DNA of 22,597 nt from Desulfosoma sp. (GCA_037481835.1 JBBFKW010000024.1:4502-27098); one strand, 5' to 3'; counted from the stretch's first letter, positions 6,374 through 15,031 are shown. Program-made: numbers and translations. Notes: generated from the letters alone by a model not told the origin.

Positions 6374-7645
6374 ATGAAAAGAGTCTTCATTTCGTTCGTC
6401 ATTGTTCTGGGGTTTTTGGGAACGGCCGGCTCGGTTTCGGCCACCAACGGGGACAACCTGATCGCCGTCGGTCCGGTGGCGCGTGCCATGGGGGGCGTGG
6501 GCGTCGCCTCCCCGCAGGATGCCATCAGCGCCGTTTTCGTGAACCCGGCGGCCATGTGTTTCGGACCGTATTGTCCTTCTTCGGAGATGAATTTCGGCGG
6601 CACCCTTTTCATGCCCAAGGTGGACACTCGGATCAGTTTTCCCGCTTCGGGCACGGTCATTTCGGCGGACAGCGAAGACAAGGTGTATCCCATCCCGGCC
6701 ATCGGCCTTTCGGTGCCCATCACGGACCGTCCGCCTTTTTGGCGGTTCGGCCTTTCCGCCTATGGGGTTTCCGGTCTGGGCGTGGATTACAAGGGCACGG
6801 CGGTGGATCAGGCATCGTTTTACAATTTCGGACCCATGGGGTCTTTCCCCTTGGTTGCCGGGGCCTACACTGAACTGGCCATCATGAAATTCGCTCCGGC
6901 CGTCGCCTTCCAGCCTTTTGAAAAGGTGTCCTTCGGTTTGGCCCTCCACGTGGACTACGCCACCTTGGACCTGCGCCAGGGATCCTCGTCCGGCTACGGC
7001 GTGGGCGTCCAACTGGGCATGATCTACAAAGCGACGGACAACGTCTCTTTCGGTCTCAGTTACACCTCACCCCAGAACGTCAATCACGATGATGTGGCCG
7101 ATTTCGACGGAGACGGCAGCCTGGATCGACTCAAATTGGAATCGCCGCACCAGGTCGCCATCGGAGCGGCTTACCGTTTCAACAACAAACTGTTGCTGGA
7201 AGCGGACGTGAAATGGTTGAACTGGTCCGACGCCAACGGTTATGAGGAATTCGACTGGGACGACCAATGGGTGTTGGGCATTGGAGCCCAATACAAGCCC
7301 TTGCCTAAGCTGACCCTGCGCGCCGGATACTGTTACGGGAAGAACCCTCTCAATACCCACGACGGTTTCAACGGGCAGATGCCGGTGTCCGTCCAGGGAA
7401 AAACCATGCCCGCCTATTACTACGAAACTTTCCGAATCGTGGGATTTCCCGCCATCGTGGAGCATCATCTCACCTTCGGATTCGGCTACGATTTCACGCC
7501 GCGCTTTTCGGTGCATGCGGGGTATGTCCACGCGTTCGAAAAGAGCGTGGACGAATCGGGAACGGACATCGCCGGGCAGCCGGTTTCTCTGAAATCCACC
7601 TTGAGCGAAAACAGTTTGGATTTCGGCTTTACGTGGCGCTTCTAA
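6374..7645 (+). CDS. FadL/TodX-family outer-membrane beta-barrel for hydrophobic substrates
   Basis: 423 aa from ATG 6374 (SD AAGGAG). Signal peptide ending VSA|TNG, ARAMGG, NPA motif, amphipathic strands, LTLRAGY, C-terminal Phe (FTWRF). Confidence 0.9.
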   Translation: MKRVFISFVIVLGFLGTAGSVSATNGDNLIAVGPVARAMGGVGVASPQDAISAVFVNPAAMCFGPYCPSSEMNFGGTLFMPKVDTRISFPASGTVISADSEDKVYPIPAIGLSVPITDRPPFWRFGLSAYGVSGLGVDYKGTAVDQASFYNFGPMGSFPLVAGAYTELAIMKFAPAVAFQPFEKVSFGLALHVDYATLDLRQGSSSGYGVGVQLGMIYKATDNVSFGLSYTSPQNVNHDDVADFDGDGSLDRLKLESPHQVAIGAAYRFNNKLLLEADVKWLNWSDANGYEEFDWDDQWVLGIGAQYKPLPKLTLRAGYCYGKNPLNTHDGFNGQMPVSVQGKTMPAYYYETFRIVGFPAIVEHHLTFGFGYDFTPRFSVHAGYVHAFEKSVDESGTDIAGQPVSLKSTLSENSLDFGFTWRF

Positions 7646-7658
7646 AGGCCGTGCCGGG

Positions 7659-7708
7659 GCGGCCTGCCGGGGGTTTTTCCCCTTGAGGGAAAAATTCCCG
7701 GCGGCCGC
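7659..7708 (+). terminator. Long hairpin after the OM channel gene (probable end of the sulfur cluster transcript)
   Basis: GCGGCC-t-GCCGGGGGTTTTTCCC-cttga-GGGAAAAATTCCCGGC-GGCCGC, about 13 nt after the stop; weak U-tract. Confidence 0.55.
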
Positions 7709-7745
7709 TTCGGGCCGTGTCAAGCCTTTGCCGAAGACGGCTGGG

Positions 7746-7774
7746 TTGCCGTCGGCCTGCCGTGGAGGTATATG
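7746..7774 (+). promoter_or_regulatory. Putative sigma70 promoter of the ThyA-like gene
   Basis: TTGCCG-17 nt-TATATG (TATGCT lies 2 nt further), about 55 nt upstream of the ATG. Confidence 0.4.
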
Positions 7775-7827
7775 CTTAGGTGCGCTGCGGTGCGCGGACG
7801 GCGATGGTGGATGCAAAGGGGAGGGCC

Positions 7828-8607
7828 ATGCTCAAGGCGGTATTTCTGAAGGCGCGGGACATTCCGGATTTGTGGTACCAGCTGGTGCGCAAGGCCGTGG
7901 AAGAAGGCCGGGAATACAAGGTGGACAAGGGAAGCACTCCCACCAAGCGATGGGAGCTGGACTTCGTTTCGGCCCAGATCACCCATCCGGGCACCCGCCC
8001 TTTGGAGCCGGACATTCCGCCCGGGGTGGGTATTCCCAACCCCGTGGAGCCGGGTTATGCGGAAAAGTATCTCCCCTATTACATGACCGATGCGGCCCAG
8101 CCGGGAGAACACTACACCTACGGGCAGGACTTGGCCTGGCAGATCGAGTGGGTGATTGACTATTACCGCACCCACGGTCCCGGAACCAAGCACTGCTATA
8201 TGACGGTCGGGCGCCCCGAAAGCCTCCTTTTCTATGACACGTCGGTGGACTACGAGGAGGTGATCCGCGTGGCGGATCGGGCGACGGGCAGGGTTGTGCG
8301 CACGCGGAGTATCTCCAACGCTTTCAACAAGAACGAACCGGGAACCACCCAATGCCTGCGCGGCGTGGACACCGCCATCAAGTACGGCAAGCTCCACTTC
8401 AGCGTCCATTTCCGCAGTTGGAATCTGTGGAACGGACTTCCCGCCAACCTGGCCTGCCTCCAGCTGGTCAAAGAGTATATGGCCCAGCAGATCGGCGTGG
8501 AAGACGGGGAGATGTTCATCACCTGCCTCAAGCTGGGCCTGGCGGAAGCTTACTTCGACCTGGCCCGACTGCGACTGTACCTTAAGAGCCGGGACGAGAA
8601 ATCCTGA
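7828..8607 (+). CDS. Thymidylate-synthase-fold protein (archaeal/deltaproteobacterial ThyA type) with non-canonical active-site residues
   Basis: 259 aa from ATG 7828 (SD GGGAGG). YTYG, QIEWVI, QCLR, GKLHFSVHFRSW, GLPANL, EYMA..IGVE.G. RSWD is replaced by RSWN and HxY by GxA. Confidence 0.88.
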   Translation: MLKAVFLKARDIPDLWYQLVRKAVEEGREYKVDKGSTPTKRWELDFVSAQITHPGTRPLEPDIPPGVGIPNPVEPGYAEKYLPYYMTDAAQPGEHYTYGQDLAWQIEWVIDYYRTHGPGTKHCYMTVGRPESLLFYDTSVDYEEVIRVADRATGRVVRTRSISNAFNKNEPGTTQCLRGVDTAIKYGKLHFSVHFRSWNLWNGLPANLACLQLVKEYMAQQIGVEDGEMFITCLKLGLAEAYFDLARLRLYLKSRDEKS

Positions 8608-8734
8608 GGAGCGTCATAGGCCCCTTTCGGCGGGACGACAAAGTTCTCGCCCCGCACCCCGCCCCTTGAAGGCTGTCCCCCGGATACGCGTGGTCCCGCA
8701 CCCCGAACAATGTCTCTTTCGTGGGCGAAAGTTT

Positions 8735-9055
8735 TCAGCGCAGGCGCACCGCCGTGCCGCTCACGCTCACCATGAGCATGCCGTTCTTTTCCCCCAGAAC
8801 CTCGTAGTCGATGTCAATGCCCACGACGGCGTCGGCCCCCAGACTCAGGGCGGCCGCCTTGAGCTCCTCGAAGGCGGTTTCCCGGGCCCGCCGCAGCTCT
8901 TTCTCGTAGGCGGCGGACCGGCCGCCCACGATGTCGCGGATGCCGGCGAAAAGATCTCGAAAAAGATTGGCCCCCATGATGGCTTCGCCGGTGACGATAC
9001 CGAGATAGGCCGCAATGGAGCGCCCTTCGACGCTTGGGGTGGTGGTGAGAATCAT
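8735..9055 (-). CDS. ybjQ: YbjQ/UPF0145-family protein
   Basis: 106 aa from ATG 9055 (SD GAGGAGG). [53 protein letters not shown]. Confidence 0.93.
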   Translation of the reverse strand: MILTTTPSVEGRSIAAYLGIVTGEAIMGANLFRDLFAGIRDIVGGRSAAYEKELRRARETAFEELKAAALSLGADAVVGIDIDYEVLGEKNGMLMVSVSGTAVRLR

Positions 9056-9110
9056 CGGTGTGCCTCCTCGCTCTTCGTGTTGCCATGGGTTACCCCGTCG
9101 GTTATTTTGC

Positions 9111-9139
9111 AACGTACGAAATGAGTTTCGCGAGAGCAA
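9111..9139 (-). promoter_or_regulatory. Putative sigma70 promoter of ybjQ
   Basis: Minus strand reads TTGCTC-17 nt-TACGTT in the AT-rich divergent gap. Confidence 0.4.
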
Positions 9140-9195
9140 TATTTTTTGCGCACCGCGCCGATCCGCCGGCGGCGATCGAGGGAGGAACGAAGACT

Positions 9196-10089
9196 ATGAG
9201 TCGAAAGCGTTTCGTCGTTTTGGGAGCGATGCTCCTTTTGGGAGCTTTTCTTTGGACCCTTTGCGGAGAAGTGGCCGAAGCGGCCCGGCTTGGCGGCGGG
9301 AAATCTTTCGGAAGCCGTCCCAGCTATCAGCGGAGCGCTCCGGCGCCGTCCCGATCCTACAGCTCCCCGGAAAGGGATGCGGGGCAGACGCCCTTGGGGA
9401 CCCTGCCTCGTTCCCCGATGTCTTCCCCGACCCGTTCGTGGGGGGGCATGTTGGGCGGGCTTCTCCTGGGCGGCTTGATCGGGTCCTTGCTTTTCGGGGG
9501 CGCCCATGCGTGGGGCGGGCCGAGTCTTTTGGACCTCGCGGTCATCGGCGGAGGCTTGTTTCTCCTCTTTCGCTTTCTGAAAGCCCGGCGCCTGGCGACG
9601 CAATCGGCCTCCGGTTACGGGCCCTCGCCTTTTCAAGCGCCGGGAGGGGCTCCTTTCGGAACGGACAGAGCCCGGCCTTCGGGGCCCGAGGCGGCATCGG
9701 CGTTCCATGAGCGGTCCTGGCCCGAGGGCTTCGATCCCCAAAGCTTCCTGGAGCAGGCCAAAGCGCTCTACGTCCGGTTGCAGGAAGCGTGGGACCGGCG
9801 GGATCTGAGGGCCATCGAAGAGGCCGTCTCCCCGGAGGTCTTCGAAGAAATCCGACGCCAAGCCGAAGAGGACCCTCGGCCGAGCCGAACCGCCCTTTTG
9901 TGGATCAACCCGGAGCTCTTGGAGGTTCGAAACCTGGACGGACAGACCGTGGCTTCCGTGCTCTTCGACGTCATGATGCGTGAAACCGAAGAGGAAATGG
10001 CCAAGCAGGTCCGGGAGCTCTGGCATTTTCGCCGGCAAGGCGCCGGCGATGTCTGGATCGTGGAAGGCATCCAGCAGGTGGCGGCCTGA
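9196..10089 (+). CDS. Tim44-like domain membrane protein
   Basis: 297 aa from ATG 9196 (SD GGAGG). Signal peptide then ARLGGGKSFG, Gly-rich TM segments, FDPQSFLEQAKALYVRLQEAWD, ELWHF, WIVEGIQQ. Confidence 0.88.
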   Translation: MSRKRFVVLGAMLLLGAFLWTLCGEVAEAARLGGGKSFGSRPSYQRSAPAPSRSYSSPERDAGQTPLGTLPRSPMSSPTRSWGGMLGGLLLGGLIGSLLFGGAHAWGGPSLLDLAVIGGGLFLLFRFLKARRLATQSASGYGPSPFQAPGGAPFGTDRARPSGPEAASAFHERSWPEGFDPQSFLEQAKALYVRLQEAWDRRDLRAIEEAVSPEVFEEIRRQAEEDPRPSRTALLWINPELLEVRNLDGQTVASVLFDVMMRETEEEMAKQVRELWHFRRQGAGDVWIVEGIQQVAA

Positions 10090-10201
10090 GCCCACGGGTG
10101 CAATGGGCCTCGTCTTTGGGCATCGCGATGAACGTGGCACGGCTTTGCCCGCGAAAGCCCAGGTGCGCGCATCGGCGCAAGAGCCCGATTAGTGGCACTC
10201 A

Positions 10202-10235
10202 CAAGGGGCCCGGCGCCTCAGCGTCGAGCCCCTTG
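10202..10235 (+). terminator. Hairpin between the Tim44-like gene and carB
   Basis: CAAGGGGC-c-CGGCGC-ctca-GCGTCG-a-GCCCCTTG, followed by a pyrimidine-rich run. Confidence 0.45.
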
Positions 10236-10294
10236 GGTTATCCTCTTTTCCCCCACCCGCCCTTTCCATAACCTATACAGAGCCGTAGGCTTTT

Positions 10295-10303
10295 TGCTAT
10301 AGT
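10295..10303 (+). promoter_or_regulatory. Extended -10 element upstream of carB
   Basis: TG-C-TATAGT about 90 nt before the carB ATG. Confidence 0.5.
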
Positions 10304-10395
10304 CGCCCGCCGAACGACCGGGTCTTCTGCGACCCTTTTAGTGACACTCATAAGGTCCGTAACCTTGAACCTTGAGACAGAAAGGCGGTTCGCGC

Positions 10396-13300
10396 ATGCC
10401 CAGGAGAGACGACATCCACAAGGTGCTCATCATCGGTTCAGGTCCCATCGTCATCGGTCAAGCCTGCGAATTCGACTATTCGGGCACCCAGGCCTGCAAG
10501 GCCTTGCGTAAGCTCGGCTATAAGATCGTGCTCGTCAATTCCAACCCGGCGACCATCATGACGGATCCGGGCATGGCGGACGTGACCTACCTGGAGCCGC
10601 TCACCGTGGAATCCTTGGAAAAGATCATCGCCAAGGAGCGACCCGACGCCGTGCTCCCGAACCTGGGCGGCCAGACCGGACTGAACCTGACGGCACAGCT
10701 GCACCGGCAGGGCATTTTAGACCGTTACGGCGTGCAGATCATCGGCGTGCAGGCCGACGCCATCGAACGCGGGGAAGATCGCATCGCCTTCAAGGAAACC
10801 ATGAATCGGCTGGGTATCGAAATGCCCCGGAGCCGGCCCGCCTTCAGCGTGGAAGAAGCCGAAGAGATCGCCGCGCAACTGGGTTACCCGGTGGTCATTC
10901 GGCCGGCGTACACCCTCGGCGGCACGGGAGGCGGCCTGGTCTACAACGTGGAAGAACTGCGCACGGTGGCCAGTCGCGGCATCGCGGCGAGCATGGTGGG
11001 CCAGATCCTCGTGGAAGAGTCGGTCCTGGGCTGGGAAGAGCTGGAGCTGGAGGTGGTGCGGGACGCCAAGAACCAGCGGATCACCGTGTGTTTCATCGAA
11101 AACGTGGACGCCATGGGGGTGCACACGGGCGATTCCTTTTGCACGGCGCCCATGCTCACCATCGACCCCGCCCTGCAGAAACGCCTCCAGGACGCCTCCT
11201 ATGCCATTGTGGAGGCCATCCAAGTCATCGGCGGCACCAACATCCAGTTCGCCCACGACCCCAGGACGGGTCGTGTGGTCGTCATCGAAATCAACCCGAG
11301 AACGTCCCGCTCGTCGGCCCTGGCATCCAAAGCCACGGGCTTTCCCATCGCTCTCATTTCGGCCATGCTGGCCGCCGGGGTCACGCTGGACGAGATTCCC
11401 TACTGGAAAGAAGGCACCTTGGAAAAGTACGCCCCATGGGGGGACTACGTGGTGGTCAAGTTCGCACGGTGGGCCTTTGAAAAGTTTCCCGGGTCCCTGG
11501 ACCGGCTGGGGACCCAGATGCGGGCCGTGGGCGAAGTGATGAGCATTGGGAAGAATTTCAAAGAGGCCTTGCAAAAGGCTGTGCGGTCCCTGGAGATCGG
11601 CCGCTACGGTCTTGGGTTCGCCAAGGACTTCCACACCAAGTCCTTGGACGAGCTCCTGGAGATGGTTTCGGAGCCGAGCAGCGAACGCTACTTCCTGATT
11701 TACGAAGCGCTGCGCCGCGGGGCGGACATCCAAGAGCTTTACGAAAAGACGCACATCAAGCCGTATTTCCTGGAACAGATGAAGGAGCTGGTCGTTCTGG
11801 AGGAAGAGATCCTCACCTACCGAGGTCAGGAACTCCCCGAGGACCTGCTGCGGCGCGCCAAGCGTGACGGCTTCAGCGATCGGTATTTGGCCCAGCTTTT
11901 GGGCCTTTCCGAGACGGCCGTTCGGGAGCGGCGAAAGAGCCTGGGCATCGTCCAAGGCTGGCACATCCTTCCCGTGAGCGGCGTGGAAAACGCGGCCTAT
12001 TACTATTCCACCTACAACGCCCCGGACGAAGTGAAAACCAGCGACAAGCCCAAGGTCATGGTCATCGGTGGGGGTCCCAACCGCATCGGCCAGGGGATCG
12101 AATTCGACTATTGCTGCGTCCATGCCGCCTTTGCGCTGCGAGACCTGGGCTACGAAACCATCATGGTCAACTGTAACCCGGAAACGGTGTCCACCGACTA
12201 CGACACGTCGGACAAGCTCTACTTCGAACCCGTCACCGTGGAAGACGTGCTGGCCATTTACGAAAAGGAAAAGCCCGTGGGGGCCTTGATCCAGTTCGGC
12301 GGCCAGACGCCGCTGAACATCGCCCGCGAATTGGCCGAAGCGGGCGTGAAGATCCTGGGCACATCCCCGGATGCCATCGATTTGGCGGAAGATCGGGACC
12401 GGTTCCGCAAGCGCATGGAGGCTCTGGGGATTCCCATGCCGGAATCGGGCATGGCGAGCACCCTGGCAGAAGCCTTGGAAGTGGCCAAACGCATCGGCTA
12501 CCCCCTGATGGTCCGGCCGTCCTACGTCCTTGGGGGACGGGGGATGGAAGTGGTCTACGATGAAGGGATGCTTCGCGAATACGTCCTGGCAGCCGTGGGG
12601 GTCACGCCCGATCGGCCCATCCTCATCGACCGATTCCTGGAAGACGCCATCGAAGCCGAAGCGGACGCCTTGGCTGACGGGGTCGACGCCTTCGTCCCGG
12701 CCGTCATGGAACATATCGAAAGGGCCGGCATCCATTCGGGCGATTCGGCCTGCGTCATCCCCCCCATTAGTATCCCGGCGCGCCATCTGGAAACCATTCG
12801 CGAATACACCCGCAAGATCGCCGTGGAACTGGGCGTCGTGGGCCTCATGAACATCCAGTACGCCATCGCCAAGGATACGGTCTATGTGCTGGAGGCCAAC
12901 CCTCGCGCTTCCCGAACCGTCCCCCTGGTTTCCAAGGTGTGCAACATTCCCATGGCGCGCTTGGCCACCGAGCTCATGCTGGGGAAGACCCTGGCGGATC
13001 TCGGCCTTTCGCCGACCCGGCACCTCGGCCATTACGGGGTCAAGGAAGCCGTGTTTCCGTTCAACATGTTTCCCGAGGTGGACCCGGTGTTGGGACCGGA
13101 AATGCGTTCGACGGGGGAAGTCCTGGGCCTGGCCGATTCCTTCGGTCTAGCTTTCTACAAAGCCGAGGAAGCGGCCCTGCAGCGGCTTCCGGAAGAGGGC
13201 TGTGTGCTTTTTACGGTGACCGACAAGGATAAGCCGGCGGCCTTGGAAGTGGCCAAGCGCTTCCACCAAATGGGCTTCTCCATACGCGCCACCGGGGGCA

Positions 13301-13599
13301 CCTGGCGGTTTTTTAAGGAAAACGGCCTCCCCTGCCAACACATCGACAAGATGCACGAGGGGCGGCCCAATATTGTGGATGCCGTCAAAAACGGCGAGAT
13401 CCAGTTGGTCATCAACACGCCCAGCGGCCGAAGGAGTGAACACGACGATTCCTATATCCGGAAAGCCGCGGTGAAATATAAAATTCCGTACATCACGACG
13501 ATTGCCGCAGCGGAAGCGGCGGCTCGAGGGATCGAGGCCTGGCGGCGGGGCCACGGCGATGTGAAGTCCCTTCAGGAATACCATGCATCGATCCGCTAA
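10396..13599 (+). CDS. carB: Carbamoyl-phosphate synthase large subunit
   Basis: 1067 aa from ATG 10396. MPRR.DI.KVLIIGSGPIVIGQACEFDYSG, NSNPATIMTD, second half GGGPNRIGQGIEFDYCC, GPEMRSTGEV, C-terminal MGS domain. Confidence 0.98.
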   Translation: MPRRDDIHKVLIIGSGPIVIGQACEFDYSGTQACKALRKLGYKIVLVNSNPATIMTDPGMADVTYLEPLTVESLEKIIAKERPDAVLPNLGGQTGLNLTAQLHRQGILDRYGVQIIGVQADAIERGEDRIAFKETMNRLGIEMPRSRPAFSVEEAEEIAAQLGYPVVIRPAYTLGGTGGGLVYNVEELRTVASRGIAASMVGQILVEESVLGWEELELEVVRDAKNQRITVCFIENVDAMGVHTGDSFCTAPMLTIDPALQKRLQDASYAIVEAIQVIGGTNIQFAHDPRTGRVVVIEINPRTSRSSALASKATGFPIALISAMLAAGVTLDEIPYWKEGTLEKYAPWGDYVVVKFARWAFEKFPGSLDRLGTQMRAVGEVMSIGKNFKEALQKAVRSLEIGRYGLGFAKDFHTKSLDELLEMVSEPSSERYFLIYEALRRGADIQELYEKTHIKPYFLEQMKELVVLEEEILTYRGQELPEDLLRRAKRDGFSDRYLAQLLGLSETAVRERRKSLGIVQGWHILPVSGVENAAYYYSTYNAPDEVKTSDKPKVMVIGGGPNRIGQGIEFDYCCVHAAFALRDLGYETIMVNCNPETVSTDYDTSDKLYFEPVTVEDVLAIYEKEKPVGALIQFGGQTPLNIARELAEAGVKILGTSPDAIDLAEDRDRFRKRMEALGIPMPESGMASTLAEALEVAKRIGYPLMVRPSYVLGGRGMEVVYDEGMLREYVLAAVGVTPDRPILIDRFLEDAIEAEADALADGVDAFVPAVMEHIERAGIHSGDSACVIPPISIPARHLETIREYTRKIAVELGVVGLMNIQYAIAKDTVYVLEANPRASRTVPLVSKVCNIPMARLATELMLGKTLADLGLSPTRHLGHYGVKEAVFPFNMFPEVDPVLGPEMRSTGEVLGLADSFGLAFYKAEEAALQRLPEEGCVLFTVTDKDKPAALEVAKRFHQMGFSIRATGGTWRFFKENGLPCQHIDKMHEGRPNIVDAVKNGEIQLVINTPSGRRSEHDDSYIRKAAVKYKIPYITTIAAAEAAARGIEAWRRGHGDVKSLQEYHASIR

Positions 13600-13656
13600 G
13601 GGGTAAACGGGCTGTCCCTTTTTGGTGCGGGGGACGGCCGACGGCAAGGAGGTCGA

Positions 13657-14982
13657 ATGAACGGACGGTTTCGGGTGGGGCTGGTGCGTTACGAGGAGCC
13701 CTACGCCTCGGTGGCGGCCGCAGTGGAGGCCGCCGGCGGGTTGGGGTTCGTGGGGCCCGACACCCGGGTCTTCATCAAGCCGAATATCGTGTGCTGGACC
13801 TCGGAAACCGCCTTTCCCAAGTGGGGCGTCATCACCACGTCCCGGGTGGTGGAAGATGTGGTGCGGTGTCTTCGCGATGCCGGTGCAGGCGCCGTCACGA
13901 TCGGCGAAGGGATGGTCAATCTGGATCCCAAGGACAAGGCCTTGGCCGGCAGGGCCTTTCGGGCTCTGGGGTACGAAACCTTGGCGCGCCGCTACGGGGT
14001 CAGGCTGGTGGACGTTTTCGAACGCCCGTTTCGAAAGACGACCGTCGCCGACGGGGTGGACCTTTCTTTTAACGTGGACGCGCTGGAAAGCGACCTCATC
14101 GTGGATCTGCCGGTGCTCAAAACCCATGCCCAGACCGTGGTGAGCCTCGGCATCAAGAACCTCAAAGGGCTCATCGACATTGCGTCACGCAAGCGCTGCC
14201 ACAGCCCCGACCCCCACTGGAACCTCCATCGCATGGTGGCCGCCTTGCCGAAGAATCTCCCGCCGATCTTTACGGTCATCGACGGCATTTTCAGCAACGA
14301 ACGAGGGCCGGCCTTCGACGGCACGGCCCATCGGATGAACATCTTGGCGGCTTCCCGGGATGTCCTTTCGGCGGATATGGTCGGTGCCTCTCTGCTGGGG
14401 TTCGCCGTCTCCGACGTGCCGCACCTTCGCTATGCGGCCGAAGAGGCCGGGCGGCCCGACGATCTTTCGGACATCACAATCGTCGGCGAATCCCCCGAAG
14501 CCCTCCGGCGCCCCCATGCCTACAGCTTCGATTACAACGCCGACGGGACACTGCCGGAGGCCATGGCCAAGATGGGCATCCGCGGCGTGAGTTACCGGAA
14601 ATACGACGACACCCTGTGTACCTATTGCTCCTTCATGAACGGGCTGGTTCTGACGGCCGTCGCCCGCGCCTGGCAGGGAATCCCTTGGGATGATGTGGAA
14701 GTCCTCACCGGGAAAGCCATGAGGCCGACCGCCGGAAAGAAGCACACCATCCTCTTGGGCCGATGCATGACGCGCCGGCATCGGGACAACCCCGCCATTG
14801 CCCATGCCATCGCCGTTGCCGGCTGCCCTCCCAAACCCGGCGACATCGCCCGGGCCTTTCAGGAAGCCGGAATCCCCGTGGATCCTAAGGTGCTGGAAAG
14901 CCATGCGGTTTATCCCGGCCGGTTCCTGAAAAAATATGCAGGGCGTCCCGAGTTCGAGGAAGCCTTTTTTCGGGTGGATTGA
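13657..14982 (+). CDS. DUF362-domain protein with a Cys-containing C-terminal domain
   Basis: 441 aa. VFIKPN, IGEG, PVLKTH, SLGIKNLKG, IDG....GP; C-terminal CTYC, GRC, GCPP. SD AAGGAGG. Confidence 0.85.
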   Translation: MNGRFRVGLVRYEEPYASVAAAVEAAGGLGFVGPDTRVFIKPNIVCWTSETAFPKWGVITTSRVVEDVVRCLRDAGAGAVTIGEGMVNLDPKDKALAGRAFRALGYETLARRYGVRLVDVFERPFRKTTVADGVDLSFNVDALESDLIVDLPVLKTHAQTVVSLGIKNLKGLIDIASRKRCHSPDPHWNLHRMVAALPKNLPPIFTVIDGIFSNERGPAFDGTAHRMNILAASRDVLSADMVGASLLGFAVSDVPHLRYAAEEAGRPDDLSDITIVGESPEALRRPHAYSFDYNADGTLPEAMAKMGIRGVSYRKYDDTLCTYCSFMNGLVLTAVARAWQGIPWDDVEVLTGKAMRPTAGKKHTILLGRCMTRRHRDNPAIAHAIAVAGCPPKPGDIARAFQEAGIPVDPKVLESHAVYPGRFLKKYAGRPEFEEAFFRVD

Positions 14983-15003
14983 GCGGAATTCTGGCTGCAA
15001 TCC

Positions 15004-15031
15004 TTGATTTCATGCGCTGCCGGTGTAAATT
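15004..15031 (+). promoter_or_regulatory. Putative promoter for the zincin/MASE3 genes
   Basis: TTGATT-16 nt-TAAATT. Confidence 0.35.

Noticed and set aside
8651..8705. 11-bp direct repeat CCCGCACCCCG between convergent genes
   Set aside because: Short and low-complexity, enclosing no recognisable element; plausible by chance.
10135..10148. TGGCACGGCTTTGC as a sigma54 promoter
   Set aside because: GG-to-GC spacing is 9 nt rather than the required 10.
10717..13032. 771-aa minus-strand ORF
   Set aside because: Antisense shadow of carB; no recognisable motifs.
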